Origin: an uncultured virus (IMG/VR IMGVR_UViG_3300009419_000015)
Taxonomy: Duplodnaviria; Heunggongvirae; Uroviricota; Caudoviricetes
Direction: 5' to 3' (one strand)
IMG/VR virus record: IMGVR_UViG_3300009419_000015
Length of the DNA stretch: 64,000 nt
The position numbers were made by a program, and so were the translations under genes. Every line of letters begins with the position of its first letter. Within the stretch, counting starts at the first letter, position 1. Below, one piece after another: positions 1-9,912 of the stretch. Under the pieces are notes generated by a model. The model worked only from the letters and a program-made list of their open reading frames with translations, did no database searches and had not been told where the DNA came from.

Positions 1-101
1 ATTCATATGAATCGTTATTTAAGTTAATATTAAATTCTTTTAGAAAAATAAAGAAAAGAGCTGGCGGAATAATTACTGCTGGTATAATAAACCAGTTCAA
101 T

Positions 102-1025
102 ATGCTGGTCTCTGATATACAAAAAGCGGTGGATAGAAAACAGACACCTAAAATACAAGAATCCCAATCAGTTCCATCATTTTTTGATTTCAGAAAATCC
201 AATATGACTTCCAAGAAGGTTGATTATGTTACATCGGAAAGTGAAAATGATGATCAGAAGGACGATCATTTCTTTTCATATAATGATTTTATATCAACAT
301 TGGAAACTATAGACACCCAGGAAAAGCCTGATGCGGAGTCTATTGAGGAAAAAAATGAATCCACAGATAAGAAGGATAAGGAATTACAAAAAGTAAATCT
401 GATCGTTGGTAGATTTCAACCTTTTCATAAGGGGCATCTTAAAATGGTTAATGACTTATTTAAAAAGAACAATTTACCTTCAATAATAGCAGTGGTTCAT
501 CCGGGACATAATAAATCTGGAAAATCTCCATTTGACACTGATCTGGTTGATAAGTATATGGAATCTGTCGTTAGAGAGAATTCTAAAACAATATCTGGGT
601 ATTTTATGGTCGATAGAGGATTACTAGGAATTATATACGGAAAGGCTAAGCAGATGGGTTACCTACCCAAATATATAGGATGTGGTGATGATAGAATCGA
701 GGATTACAAGAAACAATTTGAATATCTTAAGAAAGCCGGTGGGGATTTTCCTGATGATATAGAAATTGTAGAAACGCCTAGAATTACCAGCGGAACGGAA
801 GTTAGAGATATGATTGATGCTGAGGATTTCGTAGCATTTAAGAAGCTTGTTCCCCAATCAGTAGCATCCTTCTATCAACAGCTAGTTTCATCCAAGAAAG
901 GTACCGGCGTTAATGAAGGTGCAAATGAACCGGAGGCTATTAATTTTCTAAATGAATATGGTGATGAAAAAACCATGGAAGAAATTAATAAAGAAACAAA
1001 AGAAATTAAAAATAACGAAAGCTAA
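102..1025 (+). CDS. Cytidylyltransferase-like (HxGH) nucleotidyltransferase with acidic N-terminal extension
   Basis: GRFQPFHKGH motif, GCGDDR, and ITSGTEVR (S-G-T-x-x-R) typical of the NMNAT/PPAT-like superfamily. Confidence 0.8.
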   Translation: MLVSDIQKAVDRKQTPKIQESQSVPSFFDFRKSNMTSKKVDYVTSESENDDQKDDHFFSYNDFISTLETIDTQEKPDAESIEEKNESTDKKDKELQKVNLIVGRFQPFHKGHLKMVNDLFKKNNLPSIIAVVHPGHNKSGKSPFDTDLVDKYMESVVRENSKTISGYFMVDRGLLGIIYGKAKQMGYLPKYIGCGDDRIEDYKKQFEYLKKAGGDFPDDIEIVETPRITSGTEVRDMIDAEDFVAFKKLVPQSVASFYQQLVSSKKGTGVNEGANEPEAINFLNEYGDEKTMEEINKETKEIKNNES

Positions 1026-1026
1026 A

Positions 1027-1566
1027 ATGGCAAAAATTGCAACTTTTGGACAATTTATAAATAATATGAACGAGTCCGATGGATTTGGTACATCACCATT
1101 CCTAATGAAAAAAAACAGTGATTTATATCACTATTTTTTCAATCTTGATATGGAGAATGATGAGGTAAGAGGATATCACCTTATTATCGGAAAATATTCG
1201 GATCACGATTCCATAGAGGGAGCTAAGAATTCGTATGGGGTACTAACATTAAATGAGATATCACCTGAGATAATAGAGGATATTGCAGTTGATAAGGAAG
1301 ACATTCCGCCAACAGACAAGAATAAATTCAAGATGGGTTCTAACGAGCTATCTAGATTGATGGAATATGTTTATAAGTGCGTTACAAGCTATTTAGAGCT
1401 TAATCCTAAGGTAACTAGAATATATGATGAAATACAAGATAACTTACAGTACGAAGGTAAAGGTACGTATATGGAGTATATGAAATCTATGGCAGTTTCT
1501 CAATTAGGCGGAAATTGGTCAGTTCAGGAAGGATCCGATAAGAATTCAGTTATTCTTAGCAGATAA
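1027..1566 (+). CDS. Hypothetical protein with N-terminal KIATFGQFINNMNE motif
   Basis: ORF 952..1566; ATG at 1027 just after the upstream stop is the more likely start. Confidence 0.6.
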   Translation: MAKIATFGQFINNMNESDGFGTSPFLMKKNSDLYHYFFNLDMENDEVRGYHLIIGKYSDHDSIEGAKNSYGVLTLNEISPEIIEDIAVDKEDIPPTDKNKFKMGSNELSRLMEYVYKCVTSYLELNPKVTRIYDEIQDNLQYEGKGTYMEYMKSMAVSQLGGNWSVQEGSDKNSVILSR

Positions 1567-1567
1567 G

Positions 1568-1595
1568 GAAACATTTATTAAAAAGTTTATATAAT
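1568..1595 (+). promoter_or_regulatory. Class II promoter-like motif GAAAC-N17-TATAAT
   Basis: Same motif and spacing at 28474-28501 and 30010-30037; N18 variants at 32049, 34809 and 41173. Confidence 0.5.
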
Positions 1596-1617
1596 TAATA
1601 ATTAAAATAAATACAAA

Positions 1618-1797
1618 ATGGAAAAATTCGAACAAATTAAAGCTCTTATCGAGCAAACACAAGGTGATGTAGAGAAATTCGCATCTAAAGGTAATGGAGC
1701 AGCTGGTACTAGAGTTAGACAAGCTATGCAAGAACTTAAGAAACTTGCTCAGGATCTAAGAATCGAAGTTCAGGAAGCAAAAAACAACAAAGCGTAA
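1618..1797 (+). CDS. Histone H1-like protein (Hc1-like), 59 aa, not in the ORF track
   Basis: Hand translation MEKFEQIKALIEQTQGDVEKFASKGNGAAGTRVRQAMQELKKLAQDLRIEVQEAKNNKA; KGN-AAGTR-R motif of the Hc1 family. Confidence 0.8.
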   Translation: MEKFEQIKALIEQTQGDVEKFASKGNGAAGTRVRQAMQELKKLAQDLRIEVQEAKNNKA

Positions 1798-1822
1798 TCT
1801 TAATCTTTAAAAAGAAAATCAA

Positions 1823-2059
1823 ATGAGTTACTATTTAGTAAAAGTGAATTTCGAGTCTGGTGAAGTTAATAAAGCCGGAGACCCAATGTACAAAAAATCC
1901 CAATTCTTAGTTGCTGGAGAATCTATCATCGAGGTAGAAAAGAAAGTTGCTGAGTATATGGACGGAACCGTTGGAGGATTTGAAACCTTCCAGATCAATA
2001 AAACTTTGATCGAAGCGGTTATATACGATAAAGACAAATATGAAGAAGAACTCCTCTAA
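1823..2059 (+). CDS. DUF4494-like protein
   Basis: YYLVKV...KKSQFLV.GESI.E.E pattern resembling the Bacteroidota DUF4494 family. Confidence 0.55.
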   Translation: MSYYLVKVNFESGEVNKAGDPMYKKSQFLVAGESIIEVEKKVAEYMDGTVGGFETFQINKTLIEAVIYDKDKYEEELL

Positions 2060-2291
2060 ATCTGCAGAAACTAGTTTCTATGCTCCGCCACAATCTCCGA
2101 TAGCTATACAGCCAGGGGATACCGGATTTGTTACTGTTGGTAAACAATATAACAGATTCATATGGACGTTTGGAGACTGGAAGAATCAGAAAAAGAGGAT
2201 AATAAATCCTGATACTAATTGGGATTTAGATTCTAAACCCATTACTCAAAAGGAATGGAATAAAAAGCAAAAAGACCTATTTTTAAAGTAG
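2040..2291 (+). CDS. Hypothetical protein
   Basis: ORF overlaps the upstream stop region and ends in a terminator. Confidence 0.55.
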   Translation: MKKNSSKSAETSFYAPPQSPIAIQPGDTGFVTVGKQYNRFIWTFGDWKNQKKRIINPDTNWDLDSKPITQKEWNKKQKDLFLK

Positions 2292-2303
2292 GTCTTTTTT
2301 TTT
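2269..2303 (+). terminator. Intrinsic terminator
   Basis: AAAAGACCTA-loop-TAGGTCTTTT followed by a T run. Confidence 0.75.
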
Positions 2304-2311
2304 GATATATA
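2304..2311 (+). promoter_or_regulatory. Class III (late-type) promoter motif GATATATA, representative copy
   Basis: 17 exact intergenic copies seen, each oriented toward the downstream gene; analogous to T4 TATAAATA. Confidence 0.65.
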
Positions 2312-2336
2312 GATTAGATAAAAAAAATTTTAAACT

Positions 2337-2690
2337 ATGCCATCAGTTTCAGTAGCACAACAAAGATTAATGGGCCAGGCCTATGCAGTTAGGATAGGTG
2401 AATTAAAACCAGCCGATATTGATCCAAAATACAGAAAGACGATAGTCAATCTTTCAAAGAGAATGACTGAGAAAGAATTAAAAGCTTACGCTTCAACGAA
2501 ATATAAGAATCTTCCTGACCATGTTGACGAGGATCTTTCGATTGTATCATCCGCAGACATGCCAGATTTTGTTCCCAGTGGACCTGGTAAAATAATGCCA
2601 TTTCTTGACCCTGACTCGAAGCAAAAAGTAAAGGGTAAAAAGAATCTACAGAATCTAAAAGATTACCGTGACTGGATTGCTTCTAAATAA
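2337..2690 (+). CDS. DUF3008-like protein
   Basis: MPSVSVAQQRLMG.A.A...G N-terminus and MTEKELKAYAST motif. Confidence 0.5.
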   Translation: MPSVSVAQQRLMGQAYAVRIGELKPADIDPKYRKTIVNLSKRMTEKELKAYASTKYKNLPDHVDEDLSIVSSADMPDFVPSGPGKIMPFLDPDSKQKVKGKKNLQNLKDYRDWIASK

Positions 2691-2715
2691 TATATCGGTA
2701 TAAAATCATAGTTGT

Positions 2716-4959
2716 ATGGCGGTTAATAAAATAAAATATAGTACCAGTAATTTACCTAATAGTATAAGGAAGGGAAATATGGCCATTGGTGTTAGGTCCA
2801 CTGGGTATGGTCCAACTAGTACTACTGGTTTTTATAACGGATACCCCATTCAGAATAATGGGTATGTTATATACGTTAATAAATCATCCAATGGACCTTC
2901 CATATATGCGCCATCTAATGATTCCGAACTGATAGACATTGTAAAAAAATTAGGTGGTACCGGTATTAATACCGCGGTTGATGCTTTGAGCTGGGTCAGT
3001 GGACAAAGTAATATGGTTGCTGTAAATAAACAATTTACAAATATGGTAACCGATGGATTGGTTTTATGTATAGATGGAAGTTTTTCTGCTTCATACCCTA
3101 AGGGAAATAATGCTTGGTATGATATAAGTGGAAACTCCTACAATGGATCATTAGTAAATGGCCCCACTTTTAATACCGATGGTGGCGGAAATATTGTTTT
3201 TGATGGGGCGGATGATTATGTTTCTATACCAAACCCATTAAATCAATCGAACCTATCCCAGATATGGTCGGTTTCCGTTTTTGTTAAATTAAATTCAGGA
3301 ACTAGTGGACCTCAATATATAATAAATGGTTTAAATAATGGGGTCGCTTCCGATTGGTATGGAGGTGGACCTCTTTTATATTTAAACGGGGGTGCCAATG
3401 ATTATTATACATATACATCGACATATCAAAGTATCGGTGGAACAGGATGGCGCCACTTAGTTTATCTCTTTAATAACTCTACTGGGTTAAGACAGATATA
3501 CAAGGATGGAGTTCTGGCTGGAAACGGAAACGGACCCAATAATACATCTACACCATCCGGACAAGGTGGTACTTGGTATATTGGACAAATGCTTGGCTCT
3601 ATTTCAGGACTTCAGGTTTATAATAAAGTTCTAAGTCCGGCAGAAATACTTCAGAATTATTATAAAAATGATCTAATTACAACGAATATAACACATAGAT
3701 GGGATTTCTCCAATGTGGTTTCATATCCTGGTTCAGGAACAAGCGTTAAAAATTTAACGGGAACTGTAAATGGTACATTATATAACTCACCAACATATAA
3801 GCCAGAATTAGGAGGATATATGACTTTTGATGGTACTAACGATTATATGGAATTAATCGGCGGGAATTATGCAATCACGCTGGGAGACGGAAACTCACCT
3901 TGGACCGTTAATGCATGGATCAGAACAACTACTACCGCTAATGGTTTGGGTTCGGGTCCTATATTAACAAATAGTAATGGTGGTCCAGTTTATTCTATGC
4001 TGGGAGTCAATGACGGTAGAATGGTTTATTGGGTATATCCGTCAAACATTAATAGCTGGAAATCTTTCAACGGTAACATAACAGTAACTGATGGTAATTG
4101 GCACTTATTGACTTGGGTTCAAAATACTGGTTATTCTATGAATATGTATGTCGATGGAATTCTTGATTCCACTGTTTCACCAACAAATGCTGGTAATAAT
4201 AACCCGGTTGATCGAATTGGAGGTTCTTTTGCGGGAGCATATTTTAATGGAGATATAGGAGAGGTTCAAATAAACACTAAAGCATTTGATAGTGCTGATG
4301 TAATTCAACAGTATACATCAACAAAATTAAGGTATCAAATCCCTAATGGACCGGTAAAAAATGGTTTAATAATGCATTGGGATCCTGCAAACATAAACTC
4401 CTATCCTGGTTCAGGTACCGTCATATATGATTTATCAGGAAATGGTAATCACGGAACACTTTATAATGGTGTAGGTTTTAGTAGAGTTAATGGTGGTGTA
4501 TTAACATTTGATGGTGTTGATGATTATGTAAGAGGCGGACCGAATATGGCATCATCAAATTATACACTAATGGGTGCATCAAGATATGTTACTATAAATG
4601 GTAGGGTTATTGCCGCAACAAATAATTATCTTTTAGGACATTGGGCTGGATACACTAATGACCATTATGCGGAAGGATGGGTGTACTACAATCCCGCTAT
4701 ATCGGATACAAACTGGGCAATTTATGCAGGATCCGGTGATATTGGAAATGATTCATATCAATTTTATATGAACAACACGATGCTAGCTTCAAATAATGGG
4801 GGAAGCCAGGGACCTGCTGAAATAGTATTGGGATGCTATGGTCCCGGATATGAATTTTCAAACTCACAAGTTGGACCAATATTACTATATAATAGGGTTC
4901 TTACGAGTGTGGAATTAAATCAAAACTATAATTATCTTAGAGGTAGATTTGGTTTATAA
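2716..4959 (+). CDS. LamG/concanavalin-like jelly-roll repeat protein (3 domains), probable virion surface or adhesion protein
   Basis: Three repeats of SYP(G)SG..W.DLSGN..GTL.NG...FDG.DDY...YN(K/R)VL; Gly/Asn/Thr rich. Confidence 0.8.
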   Translation: MAVNKIKYSTSNLPNSIRKGNMAIGVRSTGYGPTSTTGFYNGYPIQNNGYVIYVNKSSNGPSIYAPSNDSELIDIVKKLGGTGINTAVDALSWVSGQSNMVAVNKQFTNMVTDGLVLCIDGSFSASYPKGNNAWYDISGNSYNGSLVNGPTFNTDGGGNIVFDGADDYVSIPNPLNQSNLSQIWSVSVFVKLNSGTSGPQYIINGLNNGVASDWYGGGPLLYLNGGANDYYTYTSTYQSIGGTGWRHLVYLFNNSTGLRQIYKDGVLAGNGNGPNNTSTPSGQGGTWYIGQMLGSISGLQVYNKVLSPAEILQNYYKNDLITTNITHRWDFSNVVSYPGSGTSVKNLTGTVNGTLYNSPTYKPELGGYMTFDGTNDYMELIGGNYAITLGDGNSPWTVNAWIRTTTTANGLGSGPILTNSNGGPVYSMLGVNDGRMVYWVYPSNINSWKSFNGNITVTDGNWHLLTWVQNTGYSMNMYVDGILDSTVSPTNAGNNNPVDRIGGSFAGAYFNGDIGEVQINTKAFDSADVIQQYTSTKLRYQIPNGPVKNGLIMHWDPANINSYPGSGTVIYDLSGNGNHGTLYNGVGFSRVNGGVLTFDGVDDYVRGGPNMASSNYTLMGASRYVTINGRVIAATNNYLLGHWAGYTNDHYAEGWVYYNPAISDTNWAIYAGSGDIGNDSYQFYMNNTMLASNNGGSQGPAEIVLGCYGPGYEFSNSQVGPILLYNRVLTSVELNQNYNYLRGRFGL

Positions 4960-4978
4960 TAAAAAAATATTTAATAAT

Positions 4979-5257
4979 ATGGAAACAGTAGTACAAGAGT
5001 ATGACAACAGAAAATTTATGATTTTCAATGTAAGTGAATTAAACGAAATAGATTTCACCCAAGTTTTAGAAACATCAGCAGATACGGTAAGAAAATCAGT
5101 GGATGAAACAAAAACATTTGTTAAGTGGGATGGTGAAATGCCTGCATGTGTGAATAATCTAACCACAAAGGAAGGTCCATATAATTATGATGAGATTTTA
5201 ATAATACTATCAACCCCGGAATGGACGGATCCAAATCCACCGATGCCGGCTGTCTAA
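4979..5257 (+). CDS. Hypothetical protein next to the LamG gene
   Basis: ORF 4949..5257 with probable ATG start at 4979. Confidence 0.6.
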   Translation: METVVQEYDNRKFMIFNVSELNEIDFTQVLETSADTVRKSVDETKTFVKWDGEMPACVNNLTTKEGPYNYDEILIILSTPEWTDPNPPMPAV

Positions 5258-5287
5258 TCGATCAAATTATATTTAGATATATAGACA

Positions 5288-5701
5288 ATGATGAACATTA
5301 AGAGCTTTAAGGACTATAATCCCAACGATGAATACAAAGCTGATTCGAGGAGAACATTGGACCTTGACAGGGTAAGAACTACCAAGGAATATAGAAGATT
5401 GATAAATCTTGGATTTTCCGAGGAAACCTCAGACCAACAGGCTCTTAATAACACCATGAAGTTTACAAGAACCAAACATAAGCAGAAGGAGAAGGGACAC
5501 AGTGATGTTTTTTATACAATTCACCCATCCGGAACAGTTAGAAGATATAATCCTATAAAATCCGATGATGTTCCACAGGGTAATGGTAACGATATAAAGA
5601 AATATGCAATACCATTTGGAAAATCATCCGATTATAAAAAGGCCTTAAATTACCTATGGCAATATATAAAAAGAAAAGAAGATAACGAAGACTTTAGATA
5701 A
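5288..5701 (+). CDS. Hypothetical protein (N-terminal NIKSFKDY motif)
   Basis: ORF; GATATATA at 5276. Confidence 0.6.
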   Translation: MMNIKSFKDYNPNDEYKADSRRTLDLDRVRTTKEYRRLINLGFSEETSDQQALNNTMKFTRTKHKQKEKGHSDVFYTIHPSGTVRRYNPIKSDDVPQGNGNDIKKYAIPFGKSSDYKKALNYLWQYIKRKEDNEDFR

Positions 5702-5703
5702 TT

Positions 5704-5934
5704 ATGTGCAATTGTGGAGATCCTAGTATAAATATGGGAGACATTAAAAAAAATAATTCAAAGGAGGATAGCCAAATACTTAACAAATGGGTATTAGATA
5801 ATCTTGATAGAAAATTATTAATACAAGAACCGATATACGATGGTTATAAGGATATAATAGGTTACATAACTAAAAACGAGAAGGGAAATATAGTTAGAAT
5901 ATTTTCTCATAATGTAAAAATAATACTAGATTAA
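5704..5934 (+). CDS. Hypothetical protein
   Basis: ORF in a tight operon. Confidence 0.5.
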   Translation: MCNCGDPSINMGDIKKNNSKEDSQILNKWVLDNLDRKLLIQEPIYDGYKDIIGYITKNEKGNIVRIFSHNVKIILD

Positions 5935-5936
5935 AT

Positions 5937-6389
5937 ATGGTTTACCCAGATTTTAAGTCACATATAGGAGAATCATCAAGATGCTTAGTTTGCATGGAGG
6001 ATGAAAAAGATTCAATAGAAGAGGCTCTAAATAGTTGCGACGAGTCATGTTATGAGTGCATGATGGAGTGCATGAATAAATGGTTGAATGAGAATGATTA
6101 CTGTGTTGAAAAATGGCAATTGCAGGAGTATTTAAAAAGCAAAGGCTGCGAAATATCAGAGGATATGGACGGAGGTGGATTAGCAACTCTAGGTGATGTT
6201 GGAGGGATGGGAAATCCAGCAACACCAACAAACGATGGAACAAACGCTGGATTCTACAATCCCAATAATGTTGGATCTGGAGATAAGTTTTCATCACTAA
6301 CAGTGGGTACTGCAGCAGCAAATAAAAGAAAAAAGGTTATGAAAAAATTAAAATCATACCTAGAGTTTTCAAATAGAAATAAGAAATGA
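5937..6389 (+). CDS. Hypothetical protein, Cys/Glu-rich N-half and Gly-rich C-half
   Basis: ORF; GMGNP...GSGD motif. Confidence 0.6.
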   Translation: MVYPDFKSHIGESSRCLVCMEDEKDSIEEALNSCDESCYECMMECMNKWLNENDYCVEKWQLQEYLKSKGCEISEDMDGGGLATLGDVGGMGNPATPTNDGTNAGFYNPNNVGSGDKFSSLTVGTAAANKRKKVMKKLKSYLEFSNRNKK

Positions 6390-6468
6390 CATTTTGTCTT
6401 CGAACAGCTAATAAAAATTATAGAAAGATGACTATTAGTCATCTTTTTTTATATGGAGTGGTTTTTGA
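6387..6468 (+). promoter_or_regulatory. Two TGAC-N5-GTC(A) palindromes plus a GG-N10-GA sigma54-like element upstream of hsp20
   Basis: TGACATTTTGTCT 6387, TGACTATTAGTCA 6429, TGGAGTGGTTTTTGA 6454-6468; the second palindrome could also act as a terminator. Confidence 0.35.
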
Positions 6469-6495
6469 AATAGTAATTATAAAAAAATAATAATT

Positions 6496-6873
6496 ATGAA
6501 CACAAAAGAATTTAGATCAATCTTCCCGATAATCAATTCGAGTAATCTTACCGATTCTTTATTGGATACCATGTTTAACCAGAAATATGAGGAGAAAAGA
6601 TACGAATCATCTAGTAATGATCTTGGGTGGACACTTAAACTTCCTCTACCTGGTATAGAAAAATCTGATATTAGTATAGAAACCCCTAATCAGAGATCAA
6701 TCACAATATCCATATTAAATGGTAATACATGGGTTAAAAAATCTAATAGATCATTCAGTCTACCTGATTCATCTGACGTTGATAATATATCTGCTGATTT
6801 TAAAAACGGAGTACTTGTTATTGATATACCTGCAGTAAAGAATGATATATCAAAGAAAATTAAAATAAAGTAA
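6496..6873 (+). CDS. Small heat-shock protein (Hsp20/alpha-crystallin)
   Basis: LPGIEKSDI, RSFSLP, ISADFKNGVLVIDIP motifs. Confidence 0.9.
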   Translation: MNTKEFRSIFPIINSSNLTDSLLDTMFNQKYEEKRYESSSNDLGWTLKLPLPGIEKSDISIETPNQRSITISILNGNTWVKKSNRSFSLPDSSDVDNISADFKNGVLVIDIPAVKNDISKKIKIK

Positions 6874-6878
6874 TCTGA

Positions 6879-7571
6879 TTATTTGAGATCTGATAGCATT
6901 CCGATTAGTTTCGGACATGGATAAATATCATCACGATCCATTCTAACATTAGAATGTGACCATATCCCAGGATACCCTTCCAGAGCTTTTTTATTTATTT
7001 CGAATGCTAAATTAGCATCAGATAAAGAAAGAAGCTCTTTTTTTATTCCCTTGGATAGATCTATATCAAACCTGTTACTAAGCTCCAATATAAGGGTTTT
7101 CAATGATTCTATTTGCGAATTGGTGTATGCGTGATAATATACATTCCCCCTGAATGGACTATTCAATGTTGTTACAAGACTTTCGTCAATTTCAACTCTA
7201 CTTCGTGTATAAAATCTACCCTCCTTGGATCTAATTAATGGTCCATAGTTGCATAATTCTATAGCTATGCTTTTCTGATTGATGAAGGTGTTATTTTTGG
7301 ATTTTATTCCCAGGTGATGTGACCAATATTTAGGATCGAACGATTCGTATATTTCGCCATCATATAAATCTGAAGTCCCCATTGAGCTTAATCCACCAAT
7401 AACATATGATTTTGCACTTCTAACCTTGCTCCCACCTGTTGTTTCTTGTCTATCCCACGATTTAATAGTCCAATCGGGTCTATATGACCCGTTGGAGTGG
7501 TGAAGATATATTGAATCCTTAGGTGTTTGTGTGGCAAAGAATTCTTCTGTTTGTAGGTACTTTATGTTCAT
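6879..7571 (-). CDS. N-acetylmuramoyl-L-alanine amidase (Amidase_2-like)
   Basis: IYLHHS, SIAIELCN, YTNSQIESL, WSHSNVR.D..D..P zinc amidase motifs. Confidence 0.8.
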   Translation of the reverse strand: MNIKYLQTEEFFATQTPKDSIYLHHSNGSYRPDWTIKSWDRQETTGGSKVRSAKSYVIGGLSSMGTSDLYDGEIYESFDPKYWSHHLGIKSKNNTFINQKSIAIELCNYGPLIRSKEGRFYTRSRVEIDESLVTTLNSPFRGNVYYHAYTNSQIESLKTLILELSNRFDIDLSKGIKKELLSLSDANLAFEINKKALEGYPGIWSHSNVRMDRDDIYPCPKLIGMLSDLK

Positions 7572-7607
7572 ATCAATTATATATCAAATGAAATGCTATA
7601 ATAATAT

Positions 7608-7638
7608 TTTTTTATTGCGTGTGTTTTATTTACTTTTG
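7608..7638 (+). promoter_or_regulatory. Class I (early, host-RNAP type) promoter T-run..CG-N11-TAnnTTTG, representative copy
   Basis: TAnnTTTG is the Bacteroidota -7 element; 8 copies with invariant 11-nt spacing from a CG. Confidence 0.6.
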
Positions 7639-7642
7639 CTAA

Positions 7643-8035
7643 ATGGGAAGAGAAATTTTAATACAGGAGGAATATAGGGATTCACCATGGAAAATTATGG
7701 TTTGCTGTATATTATTAAATCAAACAAATAATAAACAGGTAAGACCTATTTTAAGCTCCGTATTTGATTTAATTCCAGATCCCATGTCTACTATTGGCTG
7801 TGATCCTTTAGATCTGGCAGCGGTCATAAAAAGTACCGGATTCCAGAATATAAAGGCAAAGAGAATAATACAGTTAAGCCAGAAATGGATATCCGGATTT
7901 TCTGACGTTAATGATTTGCCTGGTATAGGTGTTTATGGTAAAGAATCTTGGGAAATATTCGTTAACAACAATATTTCGATAACACCCACTGATAAGAAAT
8001 TAGCCATGTATATTAGTGATATAACTGGGTGTTAG
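7643..8035 (+). CDS. MBD4-like HhH-GPD DNA glycosylase (catalytic domain only)
   Basis: LIQE...PWKIMVCCILLNQT, HhH LPGIGVYG, and PTDKKL with the catalytic Asp as in MBD4. Confidence 0.8.
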   Translation: MGREILIQEEYRDSPWKIMVCCILLNQTNNKQVRPILSSVFDLIPDPMSTIGCDPLDLAAVIKSTGFQNIKAKRIIQLSQKWISGFSDVNDLPGIGVYGKESWEIFVNNNISITPTDKKLAMYISDITGC

Positions 8036-8337
8036 TTATTTCTCTTCGAACTTTTTTCGTTAAATGATCCCTTGATGTATTCAGCCACATCTGAGCCCGT
8101 TTTTTTACCCTCTGATAGAAAATTATTAAATTCCTCGGATTTACCCTCGTTATCTAGAAATTCATGAAAATACGAAGCCTCGTACATTGCATCTACCACT
8201 TCAGGTAAGGGTTGATGTGCGGGTGTATAATTTCTGGAATTGACCCTGGGTGCATATTCATTACCAGGAACATCAACACTACCCGGAGCATCTAGCCATT
8301 CATTAACACAATCTTTAAAGTTTTTGATATTTTTCAT
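8032..8337 (-). CDS. Hypothetical protein (MKNIKNFKDCVNE N-terminus)
   Basis: ORF; GATATATA on the minus strand at 8344-8351. Confidence 0.65.
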   Translation of the reverse strand: MKNIKNFKDCVNEWLDAPGSVDVPGNEYAPRVNSRNYTPAHQPLPEVVDAMYEASYFHEFLDNEGKSEEFNNFLSEGKKTGSDVAEYIKGSFNEKSSKRNN

Positions 8338-8412
8338 ATATTTTATATATCCGTACGGAACATAATTTTATTTCGGGATAAAACATTATAAAGAACCAGA
8401 AAAATATAGTGA

Positions 8413-9813
8413 ATGATAATTGATATCGAAAACAAAGGATCCTATTTAAAAGTCTCCCATTTTGGAGGGGAAGGTGAATTAGCCTTCCTTAATGTTCCAA
8501 TAGCTGAAGATCAAAGATACAATTGGGAAAAGTGTGGTCCAAATGATCCTAAGAGGGATAAGGAATGGACCGATTGGACAGGTTTACCTGTAAGAAAAGC
8601 TAAGACTGAGAGATATGATAAGTATCGAATGGCTCAGATATTAATAGAAGCACCCGAGGAATTAACTAAACCCCTATGGGAATTTCAGGATCCTAAGAAA
8701 TACTTTGTCGATATTGAGGTTGAGATAACTGAAGATATGGCAGCGGCATTAGATACTGAAAATGCTAGAAATCGTGTTTTATCAATAGGTATAGCTACCG
8801 ATAAAAATAAGATCATAGTTCTGGGATTAGATCCATTGACTGCTGAACAGCAAGCTAGCATATACAAGAAAACCAACGATTATTTTGCAAAAACCGGCGA
8901 TACCTGGACTTTTAAATATAAACAGTTTGAAAGCGAGTATGACATGATGTACACTTTCTTTAGAGAGCTTGGACCAAAAATGCCAGTAATAACTGGTTGG
9001 AACTGGCTTGGTTATGACTGGCCTTACCTTATGAACCGGGCAAAAAGACTTGGTATAGATCCAAAAATTATTTCTCCTGGTAATTACTTAATGGGTAAAG
9101 CACAGTTACCTATGCACTTGCTTATGTTTGACTACTTGGAAATCTATAAAAAATGGGATCGAGTAATTAAAATAAAGGAAAGTAATAGACTTGATTATGT
9201 TGCTGAAAAGGCTGCTGGATTTAAGAAGGTTGAATATAACGGAACACTTAGAGATTTATATCAATCCAATTTTGAAGACTTTATTTTCTATAATGCTGTC
9301 GATTGTGCTCTTGTTCATTATATAGATCAAAAACTTAAAACAATGCAAACTTTCTTCAAGATTGCAATGATCTCGGGAGTGGAGATAAACAGATGTCTTT
9401 CACCCGTATGGTCAACAGAAGTTATGATGCTTAGAAAATTTCTGGATAGAAAACAGGTTTTTGTTGTTGAGAGAAAGGAGGAAGTTCATGTTAAGTTTGC
9501 AGGAGGTTACGTTAAGGAACCAATCAAGGGTCTACATGAATGGATAGCATGCTATGACTTTGCTTCTCTTTACCCGAATGCCATGGTTCAATGGGGGATT
9601 TCACCAGAAATATACAAGGGCAAAAATCTATCGAATCCCAGCGAAGATTGGGTTAAAACTGCATCAGGTGCATATTTTGGATCAGATGACGAAAACCCAA
9701 TCCTAAGAATAATCATTAAGGATTTATATTCAAGAAGGAGAAAAACAAAAGATAGAATGCTTGAGCTGGAGCTGGAAATAGATCAGCTAAAAAAAGTTTT
9801 AGACAAAGAATAA
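8413..9813 (+). CDS. Family B DNA polymerase, N-terminal subunit (3'-5' exonuclease + motif A + first fingers helix)
   Basis: ExoI VDIEV, ExoII GWN..GYDWPYL, ExoIII YNAVD, GGYVKEP, motif A YDFASLYP; ends before motif B. Confidence 0.92.
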   Translation: MIIDIENKGSYLKVSHFGGEGELAFLNVPIAEDQRYNWEKCGPNDPKRDKEWTDWTGLPVRKAKTERYDKYRMAQILIEAPEELTKPLWEFQDPKKYFVDIEVEITEDMAAALDTENARNRVLSIGIATDKNKIIVLGLDPLTAEQQASIYKKTNDYFAKTGDTWTFKYKQFESEYDMMYTFFRELGPKMPVITGWNWLGYDWPYLMNRAKRLGIDPKIISPGNYLMGKAQLPMHLLMFDYLEIYKKWDRVIKIKESNRLDYVAEKAAGFKKVEYNGTLRDLYQSNFEDFIFYNAVDCALVHYIDQKLKTMQTFFKIAMISGVEINRCLSPVWSTEVMMLRKFLDRKQVFVVERKEEVHVKFAGGYVKEPIKGLHEWIACYDFASLYPNAMVQWGISPEIYKGKNLSNPSEDWVKTASGAYFGSDDENPILRIIIKDLYSRRRKTKDRMLELELEIDQLKKVLDKE

Positions 9814-9912
9814 AAATTAACGAAGATTGGGTGAGGATAGGAAAAAATCAGATGATATATAAAAACCTGGTGGAACTAATCTAGACAATAAACCTAGTCA
9901 AAATTCACAATT

